Positions 22,964 through 33,454 of a stretch of DNA of 64,000 nucleotides are shown here, piece by piece (positions within the stretch are counted from its first letter, which is position 1; every line of letters begins with the position of its first letter). The stretch covers positions 14,165-78,164 of the forward strand of contig CAVYGR010000007.1 in NCBI GenBank assembly GCA_963768105.1, written 5' to 3'. This DNA comes from Candidatus Dormiibacterota bacterium. Lineage in GTDB: Bacteria; Chloroflexota; Dormibacteria; Aeolococcales; Aeolococcaceae. The notes under the pieces were generated by a model, which was given only the letters and a program-made list of their open reading frames with translations, was not told where the DNA came from and searched no databases. The position numbers and the translations under genes were made by a program.

Positions 22964-23005
22964 GCACCAGATCTTGGGGCATCGGCAGCGACGGAGCCCA
23001 AGATG

Positions 23006-23035
23006 TTGACGTTGCACGGTCCGCGCGTGGACAAT
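23006..23035 (+). promoter_or_regulatory. candidate smc promoter (TTGACG, 18-nt spacer, GACAAT) positioned for a leaderless transcript
   Basis: -35 at 23006-23011 and -10 at 23030-23035. The ATG at 23043 is 7 nt after the -10, and there is no Shine-Dalgarno. Confidence 0.45.
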
Positions 23036-23042
23036 CGCCCGG

Positions 23043-26000
23043 ATGAGACTCCGGCGGATCACCCTGTCCGGGTTCAAGACGTTCGCCGCGCGCAGTGAGG
23101 TGATCTTCGATCGCGGCATCACCGCGATCGTCGGACCGAACGGGAGCGGCAAGAGCAACCTGGTCGACGCGTTGCGCTGGGCGCTGGGGGAGACCAACGC
23201 CCGCGAGCTGCGCGGTCAGCGCATGGATGAGGTCATCTACGCGGGCGGGGGCAGCCGCCAGCGCATGAGCCTCGCGCAGGTCGAACTGGTGATGGACAAC
23301 GAGGACGGGTCGCTGCCGTCCGAGGATCCCGAGGTGTCGGTCAGCCGCCGGGTCTCGCGGGGGGACCGTGACACCGAGTTCCGCATCAACGGCGACCACG
23401 CCCGTTTGCGCGACCTCGAGCGGCTGCTCGGCGGCACGGGTCTCACCCAGAACGGCTACGCGGTCGTGGTCCAGAACGACATCGACGGGATCATCGAGGC
23501 GACCCCCGGACAGCGCCGTGCGCTGGTGGAGCAGGCCGCGGGCGTCAGGGCGCTGCGCGCGGCCTGCGAGGACGCCGCCCACCGCCTCGACGGCGTCGAC
23601 ATCGCCGTGCGCCGGCTCACCGACCTCCTCGACGACGCGAACCCGCGTCTGACGGAGCTCAGCGAACAGTCCGTGGCCGCGCTCGAGCTCCGCACCATGA
23701 GCCTCCGTCTCACCGAGCTGCGGGGCAGCCTTGCCCATGAGGAGTGGCGTGCCGCCCGGGCGAGCCTCAAGCAGGCGCGGCGGCGGCTCGATCAGGCGAT
23801 GGGACGTTGCGAGGCCGCCGCCGAGGCCGACGCCGCCTTCGCCCGCCGCTCGGAGCTGGCTCGCGATCGGTTGGACGCGGCCCGGGCCGCGCGGGACGCG
23901 GCCGCCCGGGGTCTGGAGGCCGCGAGGATCCAGGTGGAGCGCGGCGAGGGCAATCAGCGTCGCCACGCGGACCGGCTCCGTGCCGCGGTCTCGCAACGGT
24001 GCCTCGCGGTCGCCGACCTGGGTTCCGCGATCCCCGAAGCCGAGGCTGCCGCGGGCATCCTCGAGGCTCTGGAGGCCGGCGTCGGCGAGTACAGCTGGCA
24101 CGTCCTCGAGGTCGACACCGGCCGGCTTCGTCTGACCGCGACCCAGGCCGCGGCCGAGGCGGAGATCGCCGAACAGCGCGCCGCCGAGGCGGCGGCGGCA
24201 CTGGCTGCCGTCCACGACGAGCTCGCGACAGCGGGGGCGGATGTTCGAGCCGCGAGCGCCCGCGCGGATCTGGCCATGTCCGCCGTGGCGGCGGCGACCC
24301 TCGAGCACGAGGCGGGGGCCGCCCGCATCATCGACCTGCAGGCGTCGATTGCGGGCCAGACCGCGGCGGCCGAAGCCGCCGCTCGAAGCGCACGCCGGAC
24401 GGCGAGCGAGGTCGCCCTGGCCCGGAGCACCGTTGACAGCGCCTGGGAGTCCGTCAACGCGGCCGAGCGCGGTGTTGCAACCGCGGCGGCTGCGGCTCGC
24501 TCGGCGCTGGCCGCACTTGCGTCGGCGCGCGGCCGGCTCAGCGCGACCGCCGGGGAAGGAGGCATTGCTCGTGCCGTCGCGGCGGGCGAGCTCGAGGCGC
24601 AGCGCCTGGTGGACTGCCTGCACGTCACTGACGATTCGCTCGCCGACGCGGTCGCCGCGGCGCTCGAGGCCGACCTCGGTGCATGGGTGGTCGGCGACCT
24701 CACCGCCGCCTCCGCTCATCTCGACCGGCACGGTCCGCGCGAACGGCTGCTCGCCGCCAACCTGGACGGGGGCTCGCCGGCGGATCCGCCCCCCGCGCCG
24801 TATCGCCTGCTCTCCGCTGCCGTCGAGGCCGCCCCTGCCGCCCGGGGAGCCGTCGCACGGCTGCTCGCCGGGGTGTGGGTCGCCGGGGACCTCGACTCTG
24901 CGCGGATGGCACTGACCCTGGGCGCGTCCGCCGCCGTGCTCCCCGATGGCACCGTGGTCACCGCGTCCGGGCTGCGCGGCGGGCGCCGCGTCGACACCCT
25001 CGAGCTCGCCGCCGAGGAACGCGCGGCGGCCGCGGCCGCCGAACGGAGCGCACACGCCGAGGCGACAGCGGTGGCGACAGCTGCGAACGCCCGGGAACGG
25101 CTCAGTGAGCTCGACCAACAGCTCTCGCTCGCGGTTGAGGCCGATCGTGGGGCGCGGGCGGGCCATGCCACCGCCACCGCGATCGTCGCGAGCACCGAGC
25201 AGGCGCTCCAGGCTGCCAGGGGGCAGGAGCAGCGCGCCGCCGCGCTGCTCGCCACCCGGCGGAGCGAGGCGCTCGTCGCGGCGGAGGCGCAGTCGACCGC
25301 CGAGCGCCGTTTGGCAGCGATCGACGAGCAGCGATCCGGTCTCGAAGCGGCGCGTCGCGCCGCCGAGGCACAGGCCGGCGACGATCGTGCCCTCGCGAAC
25401 GCCGCCAGCGTCGAGGCGGACGAGGCCGAGCTCCTGCTGTCCCGGTCCAAGGCCGAGGGCGCGCACGTCGAGGAGCGCCGCGAGGCCGCACGCCGGGCCC
25501 TCGACGCGGCGCGATCGCGGCTCGCGGCAGCCGAAACCAGACGGCTGGTTGCCGAGGGCGAGGCCCTCGCGGCGATGGTCCGTGCGGCGCAGGGACGGCG
25601 TGCGGCGGCGATGGCAGCGGTCCAGCTGGGCGCGAGCCAGTCGGCCCACGACGCGGCAACCGCGCCGATCGCCGAGCTCGAACGCGAGGTCCTCGGTCTC
25701 GAGACCGAGCACGCGGAGGTCGCCGTCGCCATGGCCCGCGCCGACGACGAGCGTGAGGCGGCGGAGCTGGAGGTCGCCGCATGCGACGCGGCCGTCGCCG
25801 AGCACGCCGACGCGGTGCGCGATCAGATCGATGACGAGAGCACCGAGCTGGACCCGGCTGCGGCCGAGCGGGCCGAGCGCGAGATCGTCCGCCTCGAACG
25901 TCGCATCGCCGCGCTCGGTGCGGTGAACGCGCTGGCTCCGGAGCAACACGCGGCGCTGAGCGCGCGGGTCGTCAGCATCGGCGGCCATCGGGACGACCTG

Positions 26001-26603
26001 GCGCAGGCCTGCGCCAACCTCCGCGCCATGGCACGTCAGCTCGAGCACGAGATCGAGCAGCGCTTCGATACGGTGTTCGGAGCGGTGTCGTTCCACTTTC
26101 AGGAGCTGTACGCCGAGCTGTTCCCGGGAGGCCGAGCGACCCTCCGCCTGGAGGAGCCGGCGCCGGCCGCTCTCGACACGGACGAGGAGCGGGCGGCAGC
26201 CGCGCCCCAGGAGTGGCGGCCGGGCGTCGAGATTCTCGCCCAGCCCGCGGGCAAGCGCCTGACGCCGCTACGCCTCCTCAGCGGAGGCGAGCGCGCCCTC
26301 ACCGCACTGGCCGTGGTGCTCGCGCTCCAGCAGGTGAATCCGAGCCCGTTCTACGTGTTCGACGAGGTGGACGCCGCGCTCGACGACAGCAACGTACTCC
26401 GCTTCACCCGCCTGCTCCGCCGGCTCGGCACCGAGCAGCAGTTCCTCGTGGTCACCCACAACCACCTCACCATGGCCGCGGCGGACGCCCTCTGGGGCGT
26501 GACGATCGACGACGACGGCGTCAGCTCCGTCCTGGGCGTGCGCTTCGACGAAGCCGAGGTCTCGGGGGCCCCGACGGTGGCGCTCCACCGCGTGGCCGGG
26601 TGA
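23043..26603 (+). CDS. smc: chromosome segregation protein SMC
   Basis: GPNGSGKSN Walker A, long Ala/Glu/Arg coiled coils, [18 protein letters not shown] signature and [12 protein letters not shown] Walker B. Confidence 0.93.
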   Translation: MRLRRITLSGFKTFAARSEVIFDRGITAIVGPNGSGKSNLVDALRWALGETNARELRGQRMDEVIYAGGGSRQRMSLAQVELVMDNEDGSLPSEDPEVSVSRRVSRGDRDTEFRINGDHARLRDLERLLGGTGLTQNGYAVVVQNDIDGIIEATPGQRRALVEQAAGVRALRAACEDAAHRLDGVDIAVRRLTDLLDDANPRLTELSEQSVAALELRTMSLRLTELRGSLAHEEWRAARASLKQARRRLDQAMGRCEAAAEADAAFARRSELARDRLDAARAARDAAARGLEAARIQVERGEGNQRRHADRLRAAVSQRCLAVADLGSAIPEAEAAAGILEALEAGVGEYSWHVLEVDTGRLRLTATQAAAEAEIAEQRAAEAAAALAAVHDELATAGADVRAASARADLAMSAVAAATLEHEAGAARIIDLQASIAGQTAAAEAAARSARRTASEVALARSTVDSAWESVNAAERGVATAAAAARSALAALASARGRLSATAGEGGIARAVAAGELEAQRLVDCLHVTDDSLADAVAAALEADLGAWVVGDLTAASAHLDRHGPRERLLAANLDGGSPADPPPAPYRLLSAAVEAAPAARGAVARLLAGVWVAGDLDSARMALTLGASAAVLPDGTVVTASGLRGGRRVDTLELAAEERAAAAAAERSAHAEATAVATAANARERLSELDQQLSLAVEADRGARAGHATATAIVASTEQALQAARGQEQRAAALLATRRSEALVAAEAQSTAERRLAAIDEQRSGLEAARRAAEAQAGDDRALANAASVEADEAELLLSRSKAEGAHVEERREAARRALDAARSRLAAAETRRLVAEGEALAAMVRAAQGRRAAAMAAVQLGASQSAHDAATAPIAELEREVLGLETEHAEVAVAMARADDEREAAELEVAACDAAVAEHADAVRDQIDDESTELDPAAAERAEREIVRLERRIAALGAVNALAPEQHAALSARVVSIGGHRDDLAQACANLRAMARQLEHEIEQRFDTVFGAVSFHFQELYAELFPGGRATLRLEEPAPAALDTDEERAAAAPQEWRPGVEILAQPAGKRLTPLRLLSGGERALTALAVVLALQQVNPSPFYVFDEVDAALDDSNVLRFTRLLRRLGTEQQFLVVTHNHLTMAAADALWGVTIDDDGVSSVLGVRFDEAEVSGAPTVALHRVAG

Positions 26604-26615
26604 CCGCGACACGCG

Positions 26616-27569
26616 ATGGCAGCTGACGAGATCGTCGCGCCGGTGAGGCGCACCGCGTGGTGGCGGCGCATGTCGGGCCGGATGGGAACGGCTTCGAGTG
26701 CGTTCAGCTCCGGGATGCAGGGGCTGGCCGCCCCCGGGCGGAAGGTCAATGACGAGTTCTTCGATGAGCTGCTCGAGGTGCTGATCAGCGCCGACTGCGG
26801 GGTGGAGCTGTCCGAGCGCCTGGTTTCGTCGCTGCGCGACACGGTGCGGCGCCAGAAGATCGGCGACGCCTCCGGTGCGATCGCCGCGCTGAAGGCCGAC
26901 ATCCTCGCCGTGATGAACACCTACCATCGCGGCCTCAACCTCGGCGACGTTCCCAGCGTCGTGCTTGTGGTCGGGGTCAACGGCAGCGGGAAGACGACGA
27001 CGCTCGGCAAGCTCGCGCATCGCCTTCGCGAGGAGGGGCGCACATCGCTCATCGCCGCAGCCGACACGTATCGAGCCGCGGCGATCGACCAGATGCGGGT
27101 CTGGGCGGACCGGGCCGGCACCGACGTCGTGGCCCATCAGCCGGGAGCGGATCCCGGTGCCGTGGTCTTCGACACCATCCAGGCGGCCCAGGCGCGCCGG
27201 ATCGACGTCGTCCTGGTCGACACCGCGGGACGGCTGCATACCAAGGTGAATCTCATGGCCGAGCTCGGCAAGATTCGAAGGGTCATCGAGCGGCTCATCC
27301 CGGAGGCGCCTCAGGAGGTCCTGCTCGTCGTCGACGCCACGACCGGGATGAACGCGATGCGCCAGGCGCTGGCCTTTCACGAGATCATCAAGCTGACCGG
27401 CCTGGTGATCACCAAGCTCGACGGGAGCGCCCGAGGCGGGACGCTGCTCGCGGTGGAGGAGCAGCTGCGCGTCCCGGTCAAGCTGGTCGGGCTGGGCGAG
27501 GGCCTGGACGATCTCAACGTGTTCGATCCGGCCGCCTACCTGGATGCGATCTTCGGCGCAACCCCTTGA
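26616..27569 (+). CDS. ftsY: signal recognition particle receptor
   Basis: [32 protein letters not shown]. Confidence 0.9.
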   Translation: MAADEIVAPVRRTAWWRRMSGRMGTASSAFSSGMQGLAAPGRKVNDEFFDELLEVLISADCGVELSERLVSSLRDTVRRQKIGDASGAIAALKADILAVMNTYHRGLNLGDVPSVVLVVGVNGSGKTTTLGKLAHRLREEGRTSLIAAADTYRAAAIDQMRVWADRAGTDVVAHQPGADPGAVVFDTIQAAQARRIDVVLVDTAGRLHTKVNLMAELGKIRRVIERLIPEAPQEVLLVVDATTGMNAMRQALAFHEIIKLTGLVITKLDGSARGGTLLAVEEQLRVPVKLVGLGEGLDDLNVFDPAAYLDAIFGATP

Positions 27570-27594
27570 CATGGTGGTGAGTACTCACTACCAT
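27566..27594 (+). promoter_or_regulatory. tetR promoter with embedded 12-bp palindromic operator
   Basis: TTGACA (27566-27571), 17-nt spacer, TACCAT (27589-27594), ATG at 27601 (leaderless geometry). The perfect palindrome GTGAGTACTCAC at 27577-27588 lies in the spacer. Confidence 0.6.
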
Positions 27595-27600
27595 AATCCC

Positions 27601-28173
27601 ATGACCTCAGTTGCCGGCGCCGAGCGGCTCACCGCCCCCGAACGCCGCGAACAGATTCTCGAAGCCGCGATCACCGTCTTTGCGGAGCGTGGCTATGAGG
27701 GCGCCTCGACCGACGTCATCGCGCGCATGGCCGGGATCTCGCAGCCCTATCTGTTTCGCCTGTTCGGCACCAAGCGCGACCTCATCGTCGCGACCATCCA
27801 GCGCTGCTTCGCCGATACCGAGCGGCTGTTTGCAACGGCGGCGCGTGGCCACTCCGGTGAGGACGCGCTCATCGCGATGGGAAAGGCCTACGTCGACGAG
27901 ATTCGCAGCAGCCCGCTCAAGCTACGCGCGCAGTTGCAGTCGTATGCCGCATGCGACGACCCGGCGATACGGAGGGTCGTGGCCGACGGTTTCGGCGGAT
28001 TGGTCTCGCTCGTCGGCCGCTTGTCCGGCGCGAGCACAGAGCGGTTGAGCACGTTCTTCGCCCAGGGCATGCTGCTCAACGTGCTGGCGATGATGGGCCA
28101 GAACGACGAGCCCACAGCATGGGCGATGCGACTCATCGAGGGCTGCACGATCAGCTCGAGATTGCCTGCGTGA
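27601..28173 (+). CDS. TetR family transcriptional regulator
   Basis: N-terminal HTH: EQILEAAITVFAERGYEGASTDVIARMAGISQPYLFRLFGTKRDL. Confidence 0.88.
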   Translation: MTSVAGAERLTAPERREQILEAAITVFAERGYEGASTDVIARMAGISQPYLFRLFGTKRDLIVATIQRCFADTERLFATAARGHSGEDALIAMGKAYVDEIRSSPLKLRAQLQSYAACDDPAIRRVVADGFGGLVSLVGRLSGASTERLSTFFAQGMLLNVLAMMGQNDEPTAWAMRLIEGCTISSRLPA

Positions 28174-28202
28174 ACGTCGCTTTTTTTTGTCCGGCTGAGT
28201 AA

Positions 28203-28214
28203 GTGAGTAATCAC
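28203..28214 (+). promoter_or_regulatory. second TetR-type operator upstream of the MFS gene
   Basis: GTGAGTAATCAC differs at one position from the palindrome at 27577-27588. It lies 24 nt upstream of ATG 28238, just before GGAGG. Confidence 0.55.
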
Positions 28215-28237
28215 ACAGTACAGGAGGCACGGCAACC

Positions 28238-29653
28238 ATGACTCGACGGTCCCAGGTCATCTGGACTTTTGCGATCACATCGATCGGGCTCTTCATGGTC
28301 ACGCTCGACAACCTGGTCGTGACAACCGCGCTGCCGGTGATCCGGCGCGAACTGCACGCCAATCTCCAGCAGTTGGAATGGACCGTCAACGCCTACACGC
28401 TCACGTTCGCGGTCCTGCTGCTCACCGGCGCCGCTCTGGGCGACCGGTTCGGACGGCGCCGCATCTTCTCACTCGGCATCGCGCTGTTCACGCTCGGATC
28501 GGCCGCGTCGGCGCTCGCCCAGACCCCCACCACGCTGATCATCGCGCGCGCCGTGCAGGGCGCCGGTGCCGCGATGGTGACACCGTTGACACTAACCATC
28601 CTGAGCGCGGCGGTGTCGAAGGAGCGCCGCGGTGTCGCGCTCGGCGCGTGGGGCGGCATCGGGGGCCTTGCGGTAGCGGTCGGCCCGATCGTGGGCGGGG
28701 CGATCGTGCAGGGCATCTCGTGGCAATGGATCTTCTGGCTCAATGTCCCGATTGGTCTGGCCCTGGCGCCCCTGGCCCGGATCCGGTTGGTCGAGACGCG
28801 CGGTGCCGACGGTCACCTCGATCTCGGTGGTCTGGTGATCGCGAGCGCGGGCCTGTTCGCGATCGTCTGGGGCCTGGTACGCGCCAATCAGCAGGGCTGG
28901 ACGAGCCCCGAGATTCTCGGCACCCTCGCGGGTGGAGCGGTGCTCGTGGCGGCGTTCGTGCTCTACGAGCTGCGCTCGCGCGCTCCGATGCTGCCCATCC
29001 GGTACTTCCGCAACGCGACCTTCAGCGGGGCCAACGCCGCGTCCCTGTTCATGTTCTTCGGGATGTTTGGCAGTGTGTTCCTGCTCGCCCAGTTCTTCCA
29101 GACAGTGCAGGGGCTCTCGCCACTCGACGCCGGCCTGCGCATCCTCCCCTGGACGGCGATGCCGATCCTGGTCGCGCCCACCGCCGGCGCGCTCTCCGAC
29201 CGGATCAACGGCCGCACCCTGATGGCCATCGGGCTCGCGCTGCAGGGAGCCGGGCTACTCTGGATCGGCCATGTGGTCACCCCGACGGCGCCGTACTCGG
29301 CCTTCATCGTGCCCTTCATCCTCAGTGGCATCGGCATGGGCATGTTCTTCGCGCCGGTGGCGAACGTCGTGCTCAGCTCGGTGGGCGCCCGCGAGGAGGG
29401 CAAGGCATCCGGAGCGAACAACGCCATCCGCGAACTCGGTGGCGTGCTCGGCGTCACCGTGCTGGCATCGATCTTCGCCCACTGGGGCGGCTACACGTCC
29501 GGCACCACGTTCGTCGCCGGCTTGACGCCGGCGATCACCGTCGGTGGTGGAGTGGTGGTGGCCGGCGCGGTCGTGGCCGCCCTGATCCCGGCCCGGCGCC
29601 GCGTGCAGGCGGCCGAGTCGGGCGCAGCTCTCGAGGGGCGGGTCGCCGCGTAG
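28238..29653 (+). CDS. MFS transporter, DHA2/EmrB-like drug:H+ antiporter (about 14 TM segments by eye)
   Basis: Hydrophobic throughout. MFS motif A-like LGDRFGRRRIF. Length and pattern are typical of 14-TMS efflux pumps. Confidence 0.85.
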   Translation: MTRRSQVIWTFAITSIGLFMVTLDNLVVTTALPVIRRELHANLQQLEWTVNAYTLTFAVLLLTGAALGDRFGRRRIFSLGIALFTLGSAASALAQTPTTLIIARAVQGAGAAMVTPLTLTILSAAVSKERRGVALGAWGGIGGLAVAVGPIVGGAIVQGISWQWIFWLNVPIGLALAPLARIRLVETRGADGHLDLGGLVIASAGLFAIVWGLVRANQQGWTSPEILGTLAGGAVLVAAFVLYELRSRAPMLPIRYFRNATFSGANAASLFMFFGMFGSVFLLAQFFQTVQGLSPLDAGLRILPWTAMPILVAPTAGALSDRINGRTLMAIGLALQGAGLLWIGHVVTPTAPYSAFIVPFILSGIGMGMFFAPVANVVLSSVGAREEGKASGANNAIRELGGVLGVTVLASIFAHWGGYTSGTTFVAGLTPAITVGGGVVVAGAVVAALIPARRRVQAAESGAALEGRVAA

Positions 29654-29762
29654 GCGGCATCGGCCCGCGCAGCCGGTGGCCGGACGCTCGCGCGCTCATC
29701 AGCGCGGGTCCCGGTCACCGGCCGCCTCTCGTGCTCGGCCACTTTGACCAGACCGTGTAGGA

Positions 29763-29784
29763 TGTCAAGGAATTGCCCTTGACA
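29763..29784 (+). promoter_or_regulatory. perfect 8-bp inverted repeat at the ylxM start
   Basis: TGTCAAGG-aattgc-CCTTGACA. It overlaps the TTG 29773 start candidate. Function unknown (operator or 5' hairpin). Confidence 0.4.
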
Positions 29785-30087
29785 CACCGCACCACCCCGC
29801 GAGCTCTGCTGTCGCGGGCGTCGCACGAGCGCCTGCTCGACGTCTACGGCGCGCTCCTCACCGAGCACCAGCGCGCGGCGTGCCGTTTGCACCTGTATGA
29901 GGACTGGTCGTTCACCGAGCTCGCCGAGCACCTTGGCTGCTCGCGGAGCGGAGCCCACGACCTGGTCCGTCGTGCCCTGGCGCAGCTCGAGCACTTCGAG
30001 GAGCGCCTCGGCCATGCCGCCGAGATGGAGCGGCGCGACCGTCTCGAGGCCGAGCTTCGCGCCCGCATCACCGTGGTGAGCGCCTGA
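29773..30087 (+). CDS. ylxM: YlxM/UPF0122 putative DNA-binding protein
   Basis: LLDVYGALLTEHQRAACRLHLYEDWSFTELAEHLGCSRSGAHDLVRRA. Conserved position upstream of ffh. Confidence 0.8.
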   Translation: MPLTHRTTPRALLSRASHERLLDVYGALLTEHQRAACRLHLYEDWSFTELAEHLGCSRSGAHDLVRRALAQLEHFEERLGHAAEMERRDRLEAELRARITVVSA

Positions 30088-31476
30088 TGGTCTTCGAGGC
30101 GCTCAGTGACCGTCTCGCCACGGCTCTGCGCCGGTTCTCGGGTCGCGGTCGCCTGACCAAGGAGGACGTCGAGGTCGGGCTGCGCGAGGTGCGGGTCGCC
30201 CTGCTCGAAGCCGACGTCAACTTCCGTGTGGCCCGTGCGTTCGTCGACCGGATCCGGGAGCGCGCCGTGGGCAGCGACGTGCTCGAAGTCGCTGACTCCC
30301 GGTCAGCAGATCGTGAAGATCGTCAACGACGAGCTGGTCGCGCTCCTCGGTGGCGAGCAGCGCAAGATCCGCTATCAGCCCAATCCCCCGACCGTGATCA
30401 TGCTCGCCGGCCTCCAGGGGTCGGGCAAGACCACCACCGCGGCCAAGCTCGCGCTGGCGATCCGTCGCGACGGTCACCGCCCCATGCTGGTCGCCGCGGA
30501 CATCCGGCGGCCGGCGGCGGTGCAGCAGTTGCAGAGGCTCGGCGCCGACAACCAGATCCCGGTGACCATCCCCGACGGCAAGGCCAGCGTGCCCCAGCTC
30601 TGCAAGCGAGGCGTCGCCGAAGCGATGCGGCTCAACTGCGACGTCGTCATCCTCGACACCGCGGGCCGCCTGCAGATCGACGAGCCACTGCTCGACGAGC
30701 TGCGCCAGATTCGCGCGGCGACGACGGTGCACGAGACCATGCTCACCGTCGACGCGATGACCGGCCAGGAGGCGGTCAACGTCGCCAAGGGATTCGACGA
30801 CGCTGTCGGGGTCGACGGGGTGATCCTGACCAAACTCGACGGCGACGCTCGCGGCGGCGCCGCGCTCTCGATGCGCGAGACCCTCGGCAAACCGATCATG
30901 TACTGCGGGACCGGAGAGAAGGTCTCCGACCTCGAGCCCTTCGCGCCCGATCGAATGGCGTCGCGCATCCTCGGGATGGGTGATGTGCTGACCCTGGTCG
31001 AGCGCGCCCAGGACCAGTTCGATCAGAAGAAGTCGGAGGAGATGGTCGAGCGCTCCTTCGCGGGACGCCTGACCATGGACGACTGGCTCACCCAGCTGCG
31101 CCAGCTGCGTGGGATGGGATCGCTCGAAGGAGTGCTCGGCATGCTGCCCGGAGGCCGCAAGATGATCCAGCAGGCCGGCTCGGCGATGCCCTCGGAGCAG
31201 GACCTCGGCCGCATGGAGGCGATCGTCCTCTCGATGACCGCACAGGAACGGCGCCACCCCGAGCTCATCAAGGGCTCGCGGCGCAAGCGAATCGCCGCCG
31301 GGAGCGGTACCACGATCGCCGACGTCAACCGTCTGCTCAAGGGATTCGAACAGATGCAGGGCATGTTCAAGAGCCTCGGCGGCGGCAAGGGCACCAAGGG
31401 AATCCGCGGCAAGGCTCGGATGCTTCGACAGCTCAAGAACATCGATCCATCGCAACTCGGACAGGCAGGTCTATGA
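30087..31476 (+). CDS. ffh: signal recognition particle protein Ffh (one frame break)
   Basis: The N domain is in ORF 30087..30983 ([30 protein letters not shown]). The G and M domains are in ORF 30226..31476 ([36 protein letters not shown], Met-rich [15 protein letters not shown]). The frames join near 30288. Confidence 0.88.
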
Positions 31477-31489
31477 AAGGAGCACGACC

Positions 31490-31981
31490 TTGGTAAAGAT
31501 CAGGTTGAAGCGGATGGGCACCACCAAGCGGCCCGTGTACCGGCTGGTGGTGGCGGATTCGCGGAGCCCGCGCGACGGGAGATTCATCGAGTCGATCGGG
31601 TTCTACGATCCCCTGCCCGACCCCGCGGTGGTCCGCATCGACTCCGAGCGCGTGCAGCTCTGGCTCAAGCGAGGCGCGCGACCGAGCGACAGCGCGCGAC
31701 AACTCCTCGTCAAGGAAGGAATCCTCGCCGCCCGCCCATTCAAAATCACGGTGCGTGTGGAACCAGAACCCGCACCAAAACCAACGCCAAACGAAGCGAC
31801 CGCCGAGGCACCGGCCGCCGAGCCTGCATCGGGCGCAACCGCAGCGGGTGACGCCGCGGTGGGCAGCCCGTCGGCGCCTGAGGTGCCGACGGGAGGGGTC
31901 CCCGCGGCGGCAGGACCCGCGACCGCTGAGCCCCTAGCGGAAGGCTCAGCGGACACAGAAGCCGAGGCGTCACCGGAGTGA
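31490..31981 (+). CDS. rpsP: 30S ribosomal protein S16 with Ala/Pro/Glu-rich C-terminal extension
   Basis: [42 protein letters not shown], then a low-complexity tail of ~80 aa. Confidence 0.9.
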   Translation: MVKIRLKRMGTTKRPVYRLVVADSRSPRDGRFIESIGFYDPLPDPAVVRIDSERVQLWLKRGARPSDSARQLLVKEGILAARPFKITVRVEPEPAPKPTPNEATAEAPAAEPASGATAAGDAAVGSPSAPEVPTGGVPAAAGPATAEPLAEGSADTEAEASPE

Positions 31982-32223
31982 CCGACTATGCAGACCTCAC
32001 CAAGTTCATCGCCGAGCGGATCGTGTCCAACCCCTCCGCGGTCACTGTCGAGGCACGTCCGCGCGGGCGGAGCACGATCGTGACTCTGCACGTGGCTGAA
32101 GAGGACATGGGCAAGCTCATCGGCAAGACCGGCCGCAACATCGAGGCGGTCAGGGCGGTGGTACGGGCCGCGGGGCTGCGCCATCATCAGCGCGTGCAGG
32201 TGGAGCTGAAGGATCTGCGGTGA
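31978..32223 (+). CDS. KH-domain RNA-binding protein (YlqC/UPF0109)
   Basis: [22 protein letters not shown] overlap with rpsP. Conserved position. Confidence 0.85.
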   Translation: MTDYADLTKFIAERIVSNPSAVTVEARPRGRSTIVTLHVAEEDMGKLIGKTGRNIEAVRAVVRAAGLRHHQRVQVELKDLR

Positions 32224-32747
32224 CGTCCGGCCACCAGTCGATCGCCCCGGTCAAGCTGCGCGTTGCGCAGGTGTTGCGCGCGCATGGCGTGCGCGGCGAG
32301 GTGCGCGTCGAACCGTGCGGCGGCGACTGGACTCGGTTCAAGCCTGGCACGCGCGTTGAGATCGAGGATGGCTCGCGTGCGCTCACGATCCGAACCTCGC
32401 GCCCTGGTCCGGGCAACGCCGTCCTGCTCGGCTTCGACGAGGTGACGGGTGCCGCCGAGGCCGATCGGCTGCGCACCCTGTACCTGTGCGTCGACGTGGA
32501 CGCGGCGCGCCCGCTCTCGGACGGCGAATGGTTCGTCTGGCAGCTGATCGGGCTCCGCGTGCTCGACACGACCGGCGCCGATGTCGGCGTTGTCGAGGAT
32601 GTCGAGGCAGGGGTTGGCAACGATGTACTGGTCATTCGTGACCACAACGACGTCCATCGTCTGCCCATGGCGCGTGACTACGTCACGTCGATCGACCTCG
32701 CCGCCGGCGCGCTCACTGTGACTCCGTGGCAGGAGGAGACGGCGTGA
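32220..32747 (+). CDS. rimM: 16S rRNA processing protein RimM
   Basis: RVAQVLRAHGVRGEVRVEP, WFVWQLIGLRV. GTGA overlap with the KH gene. Confidence 0.88.
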   Translation: MTSGHQSIAPVKLRVAQVLRAHGVRGEVRVEPCGGDWTRFKPGTRVEIEDGSRALTIRTSRPGPGNAVLLGFDEVTGAAEADRLRTLYLCVDVDAARPLSDGEWFVWQLIGLRVLDTTGADVGVVEDVEAGVGNDVLVIRDHNDVHRLPMARDYVTSIDLAAGALTVTPWQEETA

Positions 32748-33454
32748 TCCGTTTCCACGTGGTGACCATCTTTCCCGAGGTCTTTCCCGGGCCGCTCGGT
32801 GTCGGCGTCGTCGGACGCGCGATCGAGGCGGGCGACGTGGCCCTCGACGTGCACGACCTTCGCGCCCATTCCGAGGGACGCCACCGCCAGGTCGACGACG
32901 AACCGTTCGGCGGAGGTGCGGGGATGGTGCTCAAACCCGAGCCGTTGATTCGAGCGGTGCGCGCGGTGCGTGACATCGAGCCGGGGGTGCGGTCCATCCT
33001 GCTCTCCCCCCAGGGTCGGCAGTTCGACCAGGCGGTCGCCCGCGAGCTGGCGACCGAGCGGTCGGTGCTGCTGGTCTGCGGTCGTTATCAGGGTGTCGAT
33101 CAGCGTGCGCGTGACGAGATCGGCGAGGAACTGTCCGTGGGTGATTACGTCTTGAGCGGCGGCGAGGTCGCGGCGATGGCGGTCATCGAGGCGACCGCGC
33201 GTCTCGTCCCCGGCGTGGTCGGATCACCGGAATCGCTCGGCGACGAGACGTTCTCGGACGGTGCCGATGGTGGCTTCGAGGCGCCGCTGTACACACGCCC
33301 CGCCGACTTCGAGGGACGATCCGTCCCCGCGGTGTTGCGCGAGGGCAACCATGCCGCCATCGCGGCGTGGCGACGCGACGAGAGTGCGAGACGAACCGGG
33401 CTGCGTCGCCCCGATCTGATACGGTCTGGCTCAAGGCCCGGAGGAACACCGTGA
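32744..33454 (+). CDS. trmD: tRNA (guanine37-N1)-methyltransferase
   Basis: [51 protein letters not shown] 32744. Confidence 0.9.
   Translation: MIRFHVVTIFPEVFPGPLGVGVVGRAIEAGDVALDVHDLRAHSEGRHRQVDDEPFGGGAGMVLKPEPLIRAVRAVRDIEPGVRSILLSPQGRQFDQAVARELATERSVLLVCGRYQGVDQRARDEIGEELSVGDYVLSGGEVAAMAVIEATARLVPGVVGSPESLGDETFSDGADGGFEAPLYTRPADFEGRSVPAVLREGNHAAIAAWRRDESARRTGLRRPDLIRSGSRPGGTP

Noticed and set aside
22971-23004. Hairpin ATCTTGGG-18 nt-CCCAAGAT after rnc as a terminator
   Set aside because: It has only an 8-bp stem, a large loop and no U-tract. It is retained only as context for the smc promoter call.
22590-26096. 1168-aa ORF antisense to smc
   Set aside because: The opposite strand encodes a complete SMC with Walker A, signature and Walker B motifs. 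The antisense product is Arg/Gly/Ala/Pro-rich with no recognisable motif. Long stop-free antisense frames are expected at this GC content.
30280-30295. Programmed ribosomal frameshifting or other recoding as the explanation for the split genes (ffh shown; same for coaD, proS, relA, fabG)
   Set aside because: There is no shared slippery heptamer or downstream structure at the break points. The breaks occur in unrelated genes with no precedent for recoding. Indel error or simple mutation is more parsimonious.
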